Positions 40,064-51,800 of a DNA stretch of 64,000 bases are shown here, piece by piece (the stretch's first letter is position 1; every line of letters begins with the position of its first letter). Under the pieces are notes generated by a model, which was not told the origin of the DNA, did not search any database, and saw only the letters and a list, made by a program, of their open reading frames with translations. The stretch is from contig JAXMBR010000013.1 in assembly GCA_046349715.1 (NCBI GenBank), positions 13,906 to 77,905 of the forward strand, in the 5' to 3' direction. Made by a program: the position numbers and the translations under genes. The DNA is from Planctomycetaceae bacterium. Lineage in GTDB: Bacteria; Planctomycetota; Planctomycetia; Planctomycetales; Planctomycetaceae.

Positions 40064-42679
40064 CTATTTTCGTCTCTCGGGATTCGTCGTTTCCGGCGAT
40101 GCGGCTTCCTGGCCATCCACCAGCTCCAGGAGCAATTCTTGAGCCGCGCGAAATCGCGGGGCGGCTTCCAAGGCGAGCAGTACGTGGCGTTTGGCGCGGG
40201 GATCGCCTAATGCGCGATAGCCTCGGGCGAGCCGGTAATTCAGGTCGGCCGGGTCGTCGGGCGCCAGCAGCCGCAGCGACTCCAGGGACGTGACGGCGTC
40301 CGACCAGCGGCTCAATTCTTCCGCAGCCATCGCCTGCGATCGGTGCAGGGCGGGCGACAAGGGTTGTATTCCGCGCAGCCGCTGTGCCGTCGCCATCACC
40401 GCCGGCCAATCCCGGGCCGCTTGCTGCAATTCCAGCAAGCGAAACAACGACTCCGCCGGGGCATCGTCTTTTAGCACATAGTCTTCGAGGAGCTTACGTT
40501 CCGAGGCGGCGTCTTTCCGACGGCGATGAACCGCCGCCAGCAGCAACGACGCACTGTCACCGCCAATTTGCTCAGGATACAACTCGACCAACTTTTGCAG
40601 GGGCGCCACGGCCCGGTCCCACTCGTGCGATTGAACCGACTGCTTTGCCAGCGCCAATAATCCGCGCAGGCTCGTGGGATGGTCTTTCACCCAGCCGGCG
40701 AGTCGATCAGGATCGTCGTCATCAATGATCCCGGAGAGATCGTATTCTTCCCAATCCAGACCGTATCCGAGTTGTCGCGCCTGCTCGGCGGCATCGGCGC
40801 GGAATTCCGCGTCAAGCTGATTCAGATCGGCCGCGTTTCGCTCCAGCGCCGGGCCGATTTCGATACCATTGCCCAAATCATCCAGAATCTTCCGGAGTGT
40901 CGGAAATCCGAACCGCTGGACGAGAAACTCGACAACCAATGAGGACTGATAATACGCGAATTGGAGATCAAGCGGAGTCTCCGGTTGCAGGAACGCTCCG
41001 CTGAGTTGCGCGATGGGCACGAGTCGGCCGGCGAGGATCCGTTGGCGGTATTCGGGGTTCATTTTCTGGCCCCATGCCGGATCGGCCTGCCGTTCTTCGT
41101 ACACGGAAATTCCCTCGCTGAGCCAGCGCGGGATGCGGTGCCGCGTCAGTTCCAGCGTCACGACGTGACAGTATTCATGCCACAACACCGCCTGCCAGTT
41201 CGCCGGATCTTCACGCCGTGAAGCCGGGCTGTTGGCGGTGATCACCGTCCCGAAACAGACGCCGAGATAGCCGGAGGCCCCCGGCAAGCCAAAGGTGCGG
41301 ACGGCGAAGTCGTTCTGGCGCGGAAAGATCTCGACGATGATGGGCGATGCCGGTTTCCAATCGTATTTTTCGGCGAGCCGATCATGCGCCCGCCGCAGGA
41401 GCGCAAGCACGTCCTGGCCGTAGACTTTCGCTTCCTGGGACTCCATGCGAACCAGAAACGGAGTCGCTTCCAACGTGGCGTACTTCGCGAGTTCCTTCTT
41501 CAATTGCAGCAGGTTGAACATCTGCACGTCGTAGCCGTCGGCTTCAGTGCGCTTCCGCGGCGAGCTTCCAGCCGTCTTCTTCACGACCGAGGCGCAGCAG
41601 GTCTTGTGCCAGCTGCATGCGGGCGGCGAGATGTTTCGGATCGAACTCCAGCGCCCGCTGCTGCGCCGCGGCCCCTTCGGCGAACCGATACTTGCGCGAC
41701 AACATCCGGCCGAGGAGATGATCGACGTCCGGATTTTCTTTCCACGAGGACAACGCCTGTTCCCGGCAGCGAGTCGCTTCAGCCGTGTCGTTCCTGATCT
41801 CAGCCAGCACCGCGCGATAGGCCCAGGCGAGGGGATGATGGCGTTCACGCCGTCAATCTGTTCGAGCAGAAATCCCGCCTGTTCATACCGTTCCTGATCG
41901 ATCAACGACTCCACCCGCAAGAGCATGGCCGGGACATGCCGCTTGTTGGCCTTGACGGCCGCCTCCAGCGCAATATTGCTCCGCTGTGGCGATGACGCGG
42001 CCAGCGCGGGCCAGGCCGAATTGAAAATCAGCATCGTCCGGGATGGCTTTCACGCCGGTGGAAAACAGTTCGGCGGCCAATTCCGCGTCGTGTTTGGACA
42101 GCGCCAGCTCCCCGCTGGCAAGCAACGCTTCGCGATGCGTCGGAAACTGTTGCAGCACGGGATCAAAGAATGTTTCGAGCACCGGCGCGCATCGGATCCT
42201 GCCGCCAACGACGCTTTTCCCAACGTGACAAGGTTATCGGAATGGGTATGCGCCATGCCGAACGACCGACCAAGTCTTGAATCTCGATCAGGAACTGGGC
42301 TCCTTTGTCGGCATTTCCCGACAGGCGCGCGGCGGAGACGCCGATCCAGCGCAGCCGGACGCTCCAGTTGTAACGCACCAGCCCGGCTTGCAGGGTGTCC
42401 CAGGCGGCGGCGTAATCGTCCTAAGGCCAATTCGGACTGGATCTTCAACAGAAACCAGTCTTCGCCGAATTGACGCTGTTCGATTCCTTCCTGAGCCCCT
42501 GCGATGCAGCCCTCGTAATCGCCCGTCTGAAATTTCTGCCGCAATTCTTCGAGCGGTACGGCGGCGAGGAGGGGACCTGCGCAAAACAACGAGAGAACGA
42601 CCAGGGTCAAAATCGTGGCGGATCTCTGGGCAAATCGACGTTGCCGATGCGTTTGTGAATGACGCCGAAAACTGCCCAT
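40064..42679 (-). pseudogene. Secreted HExxH metallopeptidase-like + TPR protein; N-terminal third multiply frameshifted
   Basis: The region 40064..~41540 is intact (LWHEYCHVVTLELTRHRIPRWLSEGISVYEE, then TPR-like helices to the stop). The N-terminal part is split over ORFs 42050..42736 (signal peptide ILTLVVLSLFCAGPLLAA), 42163..42378, 41883..42182, the start of 40064..42034, and 41544..41810. Confidence 0.65.
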
Positions 42680-43117
42680 CACCACCGCCGCTCCTCGATC
42701 TCGACTTGAACGGACGCGGAAACCCTGTCCTGCCACTATACCGAGGGATGTTGGCGACAGCCAGAGCGGAGCAGAAAACCCGGATACTGACCGGGTCCCC
42801 CGCGAAAATGACTCGCGACGAACTTGTGGTGAAGTGACGTCGCGCCGCCCGTGATATCCCGCTTAAGGTAAAACCGAGGAAAAGACTGGTCGCCAGAGCT
42901 TGTAATTGGAAATGATCAATTGCCGGCGGCCTTATTGATCAGCGGGCTGTGCGGTTGATTCCTGATCGAATTCCGCCGGAATCATTCGGCGCTGAAGGGT
43001 CCTCTAGGTACCCGGCCAGACTGTTTGGCATGTCGAGAATCAAGCCTGAACGCGGCCATCAGCTGCTGGGACAAAGCGTAACGACATGCTCACGCACGAG
43101 CATGCTGCGTTCGACAT

Positions 43118-43909
43118 TCACCGTTTTTGTATGCGTGTTATCAACCACTCACCATCTGCATCTTCACTCAAGATTTCGCTAGTAATGGTGCAAATTGCTG
43201 CGTACTTCGCAGTCATATTGATTTCTTTGCGCTTGGAACGGATCAGAAAGTCACCCTTCTCAGAGAGAGAAAAATTCCATTGATGCAATCCCTTCCAATT
43301 CTCGTTTTCTGCTTCGTTAGGCCTGTGCTCCAGCAAGACAAAACTACCAACCTTGACAACATCAATCATATTGCGAATTGCAGTTTCCGGATGATAGGCG
43401 TGATCAATGCAGTTGCGTGCAAACACTAGGTCAAACGTGTCCGACGGAAACTCCTTGGCGATCTCCTCAGCAGCTAGACATTTCGTCCGAACGAGAGGTT
43501 GAATCTGGTATTTGTCGAGTATTCTGTCGTATTCATGAGCCAGAGGATCTATTGCCGTTATGCTCACCACTTTTCCCTCGCATTTCTTCCCCAGATGCGT
43601 CAGGGGTCCTGCCCCCACGTCAAGAACGTGAACATCCTTTTGAAGAGGCGGTAGCAGGGCGGCGGGTCTTGGCTGCAAAGAGAGGTCAGGGTCCAGACGC
43701 AGCCCGTAACTATCAGCCCACTGCAATCCTCCGGTGCGGAAATAATCATCCCAGAATTGTATCTCGCTTTCGATTCCGGACTTCCATCTCGCTTTTGCAC
43801 TTCGTGGGAGTGGCAATCGATATCGAGATCTCAGCTTTGAGATGATTCCGTAAAAACCATGTTCCTTGTAGATCGCGGCGGGAGTTCTAATTTTTAGAAA
43901 CATGTTCAT
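43118..43909 (-). CDS. Class I SAM-dependent methyltransferase, low-GC
   Basis: VLDVGAGPLTHLG (motif I), FDLVFARNCIDHAYHP and GSFVLLEH. I chose the ATG at 43909, preceded by AGGAAG. Two sampled 60-nt lines are 43% GC against 65% in the neighbouring gene. Confidence 0.8.
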   Translation of the reverse strand: MNMFLKIRTPAAIYKEHGFYGIISKLRSRYRLPLPRSAKARWKSGIESEIQFWDDYFRTGGLQWADSYGLRLDPDLSLQPRPAALLPPLQKDVHVLDVGAGPLTHLGKKCEGKVVSITAIDPLAHEYDRILDKYQIQPLVRTKCLAAEEIAKEFPSDTFDLVFARNCIDHAYHPETAIRNMIDVVKVGSFVLLEHRPNEAENENWKGLHQWNFSLSEKGDFLIRSKRKEINMTAKYAAICTITSEILSEDADGEWLITRIQKR

Positions 43910-44062
43910 GGTGAACTTCCTGCCGAACGAATATTCGACCGCAGCAACACAGTAAATCACTGCCGCATTTTCGTGGTCGAGCATGAAATTGTCAACGAAA
44001 TGGCACACGAGTTGCCATGCCGCGTCAGCGCGGTTCGGCGAGGCGGCGTGAGCCCGATGCAT

Positions 44063-46573
44063 CTACAAACGGAAGAGGAATTCGTTGGAAACGAGCAGTG
44101 CGTGGACGAGTTGCTGCCAAGCGACGTCGCGCGGTTCGCCTGAGTTCAAAAATTCCATTGCGACCGTTTCGTCATGGGCAGTCAGCGGTCGATTCCAGAC
44201 ATTCAGGAACAACGTGGCGAGTCGCTGATGATCGTCAGTGAAGGAAGGATTCGACAGAACGTCGCCGGCGATTTTCTGCGCGGCTTCTTTAAAGAGCGGG
44301 CCGTTCAACAGGAATAACGCCTGTGAACTCACGGCGGTGGTGGGACGGCTGCCGGTGAGCTGCGCCGGTTGGGCGAAGTCAAAAAAGTTCAGCACATCGG
44401 CCGGGCCGCGCTGCCCCGAGGAGCGGACGACTGGCAAATAAATCGTACGGATGCGGGATTGTTCGTCGCGGAATTTTCGCAGCGAAAAACTGATCGGATT
44501 GACGTCTTTCGGATTGAGTCCGCCGACGTTTTCCCGGAATTCGGGATTGAGAGCCGGGCCGCCCGCGAAAGGTTGCAGTTGCCCGCTCACCTGGAGAACC
44601 GCATCGCGCATCATCTCGGCGTCCAATCGGCGGGGACTCATTCTCCAGAGCCAGACGTTGCCGGGATCGGCCACCAGCGCCGCCTGCGAGGACGGCCCGC
44701 TGTGGGACGACTGGCGATACGTGCGACTCAGCACCATGGGGCGCAGCATCCGTTTGTACGACCAGCCGTCGTCGAGAAATTGCCGGGCGAGATGATCGAG
44801 CAGTTCCGGATGGGACGGCGGTTCGCTGCGCAGCCCCAGGTAATCGACGGAGGAGGCCAAACCGCGTCCAAAGAGTTTTTGCCAGGCGCGGTTTACGGTC
44901 ACCCGGGCGACCAGGGGGCTTGCCGCGCCGGTGAGCCAATCCGCTAGTTGCAACCGCCCGCTGTGATCGGTGGGGATGCCAGGAATCTCGCCGTGCGTGG
45001 CGACGCGAACGAAGCCGCGCGGCACGATTTCGCCGACGGCATGGGGGTTCCCACGAATCTGGATCGGCGTATCGGCGATCTCAGCACTGTCTTTGACGCC
45101 AAATGCGATGGGCGCCTGCGGAGCCAGATAATTCGCATGCCATAGTTGCTGCTGAAGTTCGCCGATCTTGCGGTTCAGCTCGGCTTGCTCTTGTTCCAGA
45201 TCGGCCTTGGATTTCGTGTCGGGCGGCTGGCCCTCCTTCGAGTCCGGGGCCGTGGGCAATGCCTGTCGGACTACGTCCAGCCGCTGTTCGCAGCGAGTCT
45301 TTTCCTGCGTCAATGCCGCCAATTGTTTTTCGTAGTCGCGCTGGGCCGCCTCACGCTTCGCAAATTCGTCAAGGGTTTCCGGCAAGGTGAGTCGGGTGAC
45401 GCTGCTCCAAACACCGCGATCAGTTTTGTAGGTCGATTCGGTGCTGGCGAAGATCCCCGCGAGGCCGTAATAGTCGCGGACGGAGATCGGGTCGAACTTG
45501 TGATCGTGGCAACGGACGCAGTTGAGGGTCATGCCGAGGAACGCTTTGCCGACCTTTTCGATCTGTTGGTCGACGATGTCCATCCGCATGACCAGTTTGT
45601 CGCCCTCGACGATATTGATGTTCCCCAGCACGAGAAATCCGGTGGCCGTGAGTTGAGCCTGGCGCTCTTCAATGGACTGAGCCGTCAGGAGATCGCCCGC
45701 GATTTGCTCACGCACGAATTGATTGAACGGTTTGTCGGCGGCGAAGGTGTCGATGACGTAATCTCGATAGCGCCAGGCGTATTCAGCGGGAACGTCGTTG
45801 GCGGACCCGATTTGATCGGCATAGCCGACGAGGTCGAGCCACGGCCGGGCCCAACGTTCTCCGAAGGGGCGCGAGGCGAGCAGACGATCCACGACAGCCG
45901 CGTACGGATCGGCCGATTGATCGGCAAGGAACGCCGCCGTTTCGTCAGCCGTTGGCGGCAGGCCCGTCAGATCGAACGTCACGCGCCGCAGCCAAGCGGC
46001 GCGTTCGGCGTCGGCTGAGGGCTGGAAACCTTGCTGTTCCAATCCTGCGAGCACATAGAGGTCGATCTCGTTGAACGCCCAGCCGGCTTGTTTCACGGCG
46101 GGAGGCGCAACGGTTTGCAACGGTTGATAGGCCCAATGCTTTTCCGCGGCTTCTTCGTCGAAACCTCGTTTTGGTTTCTCCGCAGGGGCTTCATCGCGCG
46201 GGTCGGCGGCTCCGTCTTTAACCCATTGCTCCAGCAACCGAATCTCGGCGTCTTTGAGTTTTCCCGCCGGTGGCATTTTCAGGTCCGCATCATGGTAGCG
46301 CACCGCTTTGATCAGCAGGCTGTCATCAGGCTCGCCGGGGATGATCGCCGTGCCGGAATCGCCCCCCGCCTGCCAACCGACGCGAGAATCGAGGGCGAGA
46401 CTTCCTTTAATTTTCTTGGCGTGCGAATGGCACTCGTAGCACCGATCCACCAACAGCGGCCGGATGTTCTGCTCGAAGAATTCGAGTTGTTCGGGCGTGG
46501 GGGGGGCGTTCGCGGCCGAGAGCGGAGAGGCTGCCAGGAGCAGAATGGCGATGCGAAGTTGAGATGTGAACAT
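44063..46573 (-). CDS. PSCyt1 + DUF1549 (PSCyt2) + DUF1553 (PSD1) protein
   Basis: FFEQNIRPLLVDRCYECHS, CVRCHDHKFDPISVRDYYGLAGIF and the C-terminal LVHALLVSNEFLFRL. Signal peptide present. Confidence 0.9.
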   Translation of the reverse strand: MFTSQLRIAILLLAASPLSAANAPPTPEQLEFFEQNIRPLLVDRCYECHSHAKKIKGSLALDSRVGWQAGGDSGTAIIPGEPDDSLLIKAVRYHDADLKMPPAGKLKDAEIRLLEQWVKDGAADPRDEAPAEKPKRGFDEEAAEKHWAYQPLQTVAPPAVKQAGWAFNEIDLYVLAGLEQQGFQPSADAERAAWLRRVTFDLTGLPPTADETAAFLADQSADPYAAVVDRLLASRPFGERWARPWLDLVGYADQIGSANDVPAEYAWRYRDYVIDTFAADKPFNQFVREQIAGDLLTAQSIEERQAQLTATGFLVLGNINIVEGDKLVMRMDIVDQQIEKVGKAFLGMTLNCVRCHDHKFDPISVRDYYGLAGIFASTESTYKTDRGVWSSVTRLTLPETLDEFAKREAAQRDYEKQLAALTQEKTRCEQRLDVVRQALPTAPDSKEGQPPDTKSKADLEQEQAELNRKIGELQQQLWHANYLAPQAPIAFGVKDSAEIADTPIQIRGNPHAVGEIVPRGFVRVATHGEIPGIPTDHSGRLQLADWLTGAASPLVARVTVNRAWQKLFGRGLASSVDYLGLRSEPPSHPELLDHLARQFLDDGWSYKRMLRPMVLSRTYRQSSHSGPSSQAALVADPGNVWLWRMSPRRLDAEMMRDAVLQVSGQLQPFAGGPALNPEFRENVGGLNPKDVNPISFSLRKFRDEQSRIRTIYLPVVRSSGQRGPADVLNFFDFAQPAQLTGSRPTTAVSSQALFLLNGPLFKEAAQKIAGDVLSNPSFTDDHQRLATLFLNVWNRPLTAHDETVAMEFLNSGEPRDVAWQQLVHALLVSNEFLFRL

Positions 46574-46765
46574 CGTTTCGGTTGCGCCGGTGGATGATTG
46601 TCGGGCTGATTTCCGATCATCCCACCCGGGTTGACGACCGTCAATCCTTTGCCGCCGCCGACTTTCGAAACAGGCTGATTGTCAGTAATCTAGAGGTCTG
46701 GTTTGCGGACCGCGCAGCGCGGCCTGTTTCCTTTGGCCTCGAACCTTCAACTTTTTTGGTGGATC

Positions 46766-47149
46766 GTGTCGAACGGACCGGATTTTTCGAAGTCGGACCT
46801 CATTCCCGTGATTGCGCAGGATGAAGCATCGGGCGATGTGCTGATGCTGGCCTATATGAATGAAACGGCCTATCGCGAAACGCTGGCAACGGGCCGGGTC
46901 TGCTATTACAGCCGCAGCCGCCAGAAGTTGTGGCGAAAAGGAGAGGAAAGCGGCAACGTCCAGGAGTTGAAGGGGGTGTTCTACGACTGCGACGCCGACA
47001 CACTGCTGGTCAAAGTGAACCAGATCGGGGGGGCCGCGTGTCACGAAGGCTATCGCAGCTGCTTTTTTCGGAAAATCGACGCGGCGACCGGCGAAGTGAG
47101 CGTCGTCGGCGAGCGGGTGTTCGATCCGAAAGCCGTGTATAAAAAATAG
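46766..47149 (+). CDS. hisI: Phosphoribosyl-AMP cyclohydrolase
   Basis: [53 protein letters not shown]...[28 protein letters not shown]. The GTG at 46766, preceded by GGTGGA, is the preferred start; the ORF opens at 46703. Confidence 0.9.
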   Translation: MSNGPDFSKSDLIPVIAQDEASGDVLMLAYMNETAYRETLATGRVCYYSRSRQKLWRKGEESGNVQELKGVFYDCDADTLLVKVNQIGGAACHEGYRSCFFRKIDAATGEVSVVGERVFDPKAVYKK

Positions 47150-47277
47150 ATTATCAATCCGAAGTCTCAATCGCGACGGAAACGATTTGGTCACGTTGCG
47201 AAATTGTGATTTCTTGCGGATTGAGCGCATCGAAATTTTACGACCTCAGTTTCAATTTGTTCAACGAGTTTCCTTTC

Positions 47278-48156
47278 ATGACCGAACGCGTACTTAAACT
47301 CGGAATTCCGGCCGGTAGTCTCCAGGAGGCGACGGCCGAATTGTTCAAAAAAGCCGGCTATACAATCAAGTTCAGCAGCCGGTCGTATTTTCCGGAGATC
47401 GACGATCCGGAAATCGAGTGCATGCTGATCCGCGCGCAGGAAATGGCGCGTTACGTCGAGCAAGGCATTCTGGACGCAGGCATCACGGGGTATGACTGGA
47501 TCCTGGAAACCGAAGCCGACGTGCACCAGATCTGCGAATTGATGTTCTCGAAGGTCAGCCGCCGGCCGGTGCGCTGGGTGCTCTGCGTGCCGAACGATTC
47601 GTCGATTCAATCGGTGAAGGAATTGCAGGGGAAACGGATCGCGACGGAAGCGGTCGGTTTAACGAAGCGCTATCTGGCGCGGCACGGCGTGACGGCGGCC
47701 GTCGAATTTTCGTGGGGGGCGACGGAAGTGAAGCCGCCGCGGCTGGCCGATGCGATTGTCGAAGTGACGGAGACGGGGAGTTCGCTGCGGGCCAACAATC
47801 TGCGGATCCTCGATGAAGTGCTCCAAAGCACCACGCGATTCATCGCCAATAAACAGGCCTTTGCCGACAGTTGGAAACGGACCAAATGTGAGAACATTTC
47901 GTTGATGTTGCAGTCCTGCCTGGCGGCGGAGACGAAAGTCGGGCTGATGATGAATGTCCGTCGGGCCGATCTCGCGAGCATTCTGCAGAACCTGCCGTCG
48001 TTGCAGAAGCCGACGGTTTCGTCGTTGTCGGACCCGGAGTGGGTCGCCGTAAACACGATCGTGGATGAATCCTACGTCCGGACGATCATTCCTCAATTGA
48101 AAACGATCGGGGCTTGCGGGATCGTCGAGTACCCGATCAATAAGATCATTGATTGA
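47278..48156 (+). CDS. hisG: ATP phosphoribosyltransferase
   Basis: [28 protein letters not shown]...[26 protein letters not shown]. Confidence 0.9.
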   Translation: MTERVLKLGIPAGSLQEATAELFKKAGYTIKFSSRSYFPEIDDPEIECMLIRAQEMARYVEQGILDAGITGYDWILETEADVHQICELMFSKVSRRPVRWVLCVPNDSSIQSVKELQGKRIATEAVGLTKRYLARHGVTAAVEFSWGATEVKPPRLADAIVEVTETGSSLRANNLRILDEVLQSTTRFIANKQAFADSWKRTKCENISLMLQSCLAAETKVGLMMNVRRADLASILQNLPSLQKPTVSSLSDPEWVAVNTIVDESYVRTIIPQLKTIGACGIVEYPINKIID

Positions 48157-48339
48157 CGGCGGTTTGGAGCGTGAAATTCGGACGGCGCGGCGTGTCGGGT
48201 TGCCAGTTGTTCGAATTGTGGCACTTTCTTGAGCCTGTGGGTATACTCTTTCCCTTCGTGACGCCGATCGCCGTCGTGGTGGCAAACCGACCGTGGTTTC
48301 GGCGCAGAGTCAGACACTTGTTGATCGGAATCTGAGAGC

Positions 48340-48798
48340 ATGGCCCGTAAAACTACCAGTCGGTTGGAACTTCGCAAGCAGGCGGAAGCGGCGGAAGGCC
48401 GTGAAGGAGCCGAGCCGAAGAAAAAAGCGGCCGCAAAGAAAGCGGCGGCCCCGCGCGCCAAACGGACCAAGGAAAAAGTGATCGCCCGCAAGAAGCTGGT
48501 GTGGGTGGTGTTCAACGGCAGCATGAAGGAAGAAGGCCGTTTTCCTTACGATCAGCGCGCGGCTGCCGAAGAAAAAATCGAACAGCTGAAGTTGAAATCG
48601 GCCAAGAAGTTGTATTTCATCCAGCCGGTGAAGGAACTCTTGGGCGATGGCAAGGCGGCGCCGGCGCTGGCCGCCGCGGCTGCCATCGCGGAAGAGAAGG
48701 CCGCTCCTCGTAAAAAGCCGGCCAAGGTGGAAGTCGCCGAAGACGCTGAGGAAGAAGTCGAAGAGGAAGACGAGGATGAAGACGAGGACGAAGAGTAA
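48340..48798 (+). CDS. Hypothetical protein with a K/A-rich basic N-terminus and a poly-acidic C-terminal tail
   Basis: AEPKKKAAAKKAAAPRAKRTKEK, a central block KKLVWVVFNGSMKEEGRFPYDQRAAAEEKIEQLKLKSAKKLYFIQPVKE, and the tail AEDAEEEVEEEDEDEDEDEE. Followed by a terminator. Confidence 0.6.
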   Translation: MARKTTSRLELRKQAEAAEGREGAEPKKKAAAKKAAAPRAKRTKEKVIARKKLVWVVFNGSMKEEGRFPYDQRAAAEEKIEQLKLKSAKKLYFIQPVKELLGDGKAAPALAAAAAIAEEKAAPRKKPAKVEVAEDAEEEVEEEDEDEDEDEE

Positions 48799-48836
48799 CT
48801 TCCTTCGTTGACATTCGATCCCGGCCTCCTTTGCTG

Positions 48837-48870
48837 CCCGGCGCTTCCCCTCGCGCCGGGCTTTTCTGTT
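48837..48870 (+). terminator. Intrinsic terminator after 48340..48798
   Basis: Stem cccggcgc / gcgccggg, 8-nt loop, then cttttctgtt. Confidence 0.55.
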
Positions 48871-48873
48871 GCG

Positions 48874-51800
48874 CTAGGCGGCGGTCCCCACCAGGGGCGC
48901 CGGCTTTTTCGGCGCGGAGGGAGCGGGCATCTCGATCCCTTCCGCCTGGAAACGTGCAAAAATTGTCGCATGCATTTCATGGATCGATTTGCGGCGGTCG
49001 TCGAGCGTCGGCAGAAACGCGCGGACGACAAAGATGAGCGCCGTGGCTCCGAACTCCTCCAGCGTCACGGTTGGGGCGGGGTCTTTCAACACCGCCGGAT
49101 GATTCTGGGCGACTTCCTGCAGCAGACGACGCACGCGTTCGGCATCGCAGTTGTAGCTCACGCCGACACGAATCACGATGCGGTTGGTCCGGTCGGTGAG
49201 CGTCCAGTTGAGCAGTTTCCCAGTGATAAAATCCTTGTTGGGCACGACCAGCTCGCGGCGATCGCCATCGACAATGGTGGTGGATCGGACGCGGATCTGC
49301 GAGACGTTGCCGGTGGTGTCTCCGATCGTGATCACATCGCCGACGCGGATGGGCCGTTCGAGCAGCAGAATGATCCCAGATACGAAGTTGGCGAAAATCT
49401 CCTGGAGGCCGAAACCCAGGCCGACCGACGCGGCGGCGACCAGCCATTGGACATTGGCCCAGCCGATGTTGATCTGCGCGCACGAAATCACGATGCCGAC
49501 GACAAGCAGCACATAGCGTACAATAATGGTCACGGCGAAACGGGCTCCCACGTCGAGAGGCAGCCGTTCCAAGAGCAGGGCCTGGACCAGTCCGGGAATG
49601 TTCCTGATCGAGGCCAACGACACCATGAACACCAGGATGGCCAGGCCTAAATCTGCGGCCGTCACGGGCTTTAATCGCGTGGCGGAGTGGGCGATTGGCG
49701 CGCCGCTCTCGGACTCGACGATTTCCTGTTGAGTGACCGGCGTATGCCACAGCGTCACCCGATTCAGCAATCCCAGGGCTGGAGTCACATCGGCCCAGAT
49801 GGTCCAGGCGCTGACAGTGACACCGACCAGGAGGGCGGCGCGCAGCAGTCCTTGCATCTGCTGGATCATCGTCGTCACATCGATGCCTCGATCGGTGAGA
49901 TTCCAGCGATTCCAGCCGAACAGCGACTTTCGTTTTCTGGCGAGCGTCGTCTCTGAGCTGGCGGCGAGGTTTGGCGAGCGAATGATGCGCCGCTCGGCGA
50001 GTTCGATCCAGCGGAGGAAGAAGGCCCGCAGGCCCAGAATGGCCACACTTGCCCAGACGGTTTCTTGAATTCGCCAGACTAACTGCAGGGCGGTGTAGTA
50101 ATAACCCGCGGCGGCCAGGAGCAGCAGCGCCCAGGGGATCACCCGTCCGAACCAGCAGATCGCTCGCCAGCCGCGATTACCGAACGCGGCGGAATGGCTG
50201 CCTTCCTCGTCGAGCTTCAAGACCGCGATTGCGAACAGGCCGCAACTGACCATGAAGACGAAAAATGCCAGCCGGCCCAGCGATTCTGACAAGGTTTCAT
50301 TCCCCAGCGATTCGACGCCGCCGATGATGAACAGCCAGGCTCCGCTCCAAGGCAGAAACCAGCCGACTTGGCGTTTGACGCTGCGGGCGAAGTCCTGGGT
50401 CCAACCAAAATGGGCCGGCCCCAGTCCCTGGCGTCCGCAGGCGCTACGAATCACCAGCAGGGGATAGGAAAAGCCGGCCAGCCGCCACAGTCCGCCCGCG
50501 AGGGCGCGGCCGAGTGTCGCCTGGGTGGTCGATTCATCGAGCCGCCAGGCCAAAAAGGCGACCGCGGCCGGGACCGCCGCTGCACGACACAGCGTGAGCG
50601 CGGCCGCGACGAGCGTTGGCAGCATGGTTTCGCAGTCCGGCTGAGCAGCGTCATCGGCCAATTGATTCAGTTCCCGCCGCGTGCGGACGCGCAGCAAGAC
50701 GTAAGCCAGCGCGGCGCCGCCGGCCAGCCAGTAGAGCAGTGACCGCCGCTCGAGATCGTTGAACAGCGACTCGGCGATGGTCTCCCAGGCCGCTGCGTGA
50801 AACAAGCTCGCGTCCCAACGGCTCAGTTCCCGGATGTCGTGCCAACCGACGATTTTAGCGCTGCGGATCCAGAGCACGTTTTCATCATGCAAGGCGTTGA
50901 ATTCTTTGACTTGCTGCAGCGTTTTCTGCTTGATTTCGTCGAGCGCCACGAGCGCCTTGATCAGCTTGTTGTTATCGTCTTGCAATTGTTCCAGCAGTTC
51001 CTCGCGGTGATCCAGCAGCGTTTTCGCCTGCTGTTCCACGAGGCTTTCGTCCAACGGGGCGTCAGGCTGCGTCTGGCGGCGCACGAGCTGGACAAGTTCA
51101 TCGACGTCGGGCGTCTGTTTTTCGATGCGTTGCAATTCGAATAAGCGGAGCCTCAAGTCTCGCAATTCCTCGGCCCGGGCCGCCATATTACGCCGTAATC
51201 TCCAGATATCCGGGAGTTGCGATCGCTGTTGGCGGAGCATCAGGCCGATGGCATCCGTGATGTCGACTTTCTCGATCATGGATTGGATGTTGTCCGTCTC
51301 GTCCTTCAGCGATTCGAGAAGTTCTTCCGCGTCTTCTTGATCCGAGCCGGTCTCTTCGAGGCTTTCGGCCAGCCGACGGCTCTCTTCCGCGAGCGCTTCG
51401 TTCTCCAGCGCCAAAGGCTGCAGCGCAGGATGGACGCGCAGCGATTCCTGCTTGGCATCCGCTACCCGATCCGCCGCTTCGCGACGGCGCACTTCATCAA
51501 TCAACTCGGCGACGATCTTCAATTCCGCCTCGACCCCGGCCGCCTCGTGTTCGAACAGGTGTTGCTGGGCCTGCAACCAATGGTCGACGTCGCTCGATTC
51601 CAGCCAGTCGCGCTCGATGTTGGCCGCCGCCAATTCCTGCTGACAACGGAGTTCCTGCGCGTGCAGCAACAGGAGCTGTGCGATCTCGGCCGGCGTCGTC
51701 CGTTCCGCCGATTTCGCCGTTTTCAACTCCGCCTGCACTTCTTCCAGCCGGGCCGAGTATTTCGCCAATTCCCCGACGACTTTCTCCAGACGGTCGGGCC

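Noticed and set aside
43085-43104. Hairpin catgctc-acgcac-gagcatg just downstream of the methyltransferase stop, as a possible terminator
   Set aside because: The stem is only 7 bp and the downstream tract on the minus strand (tcgttacgctttgt) is only weakly T-rich. That is not enough to call.
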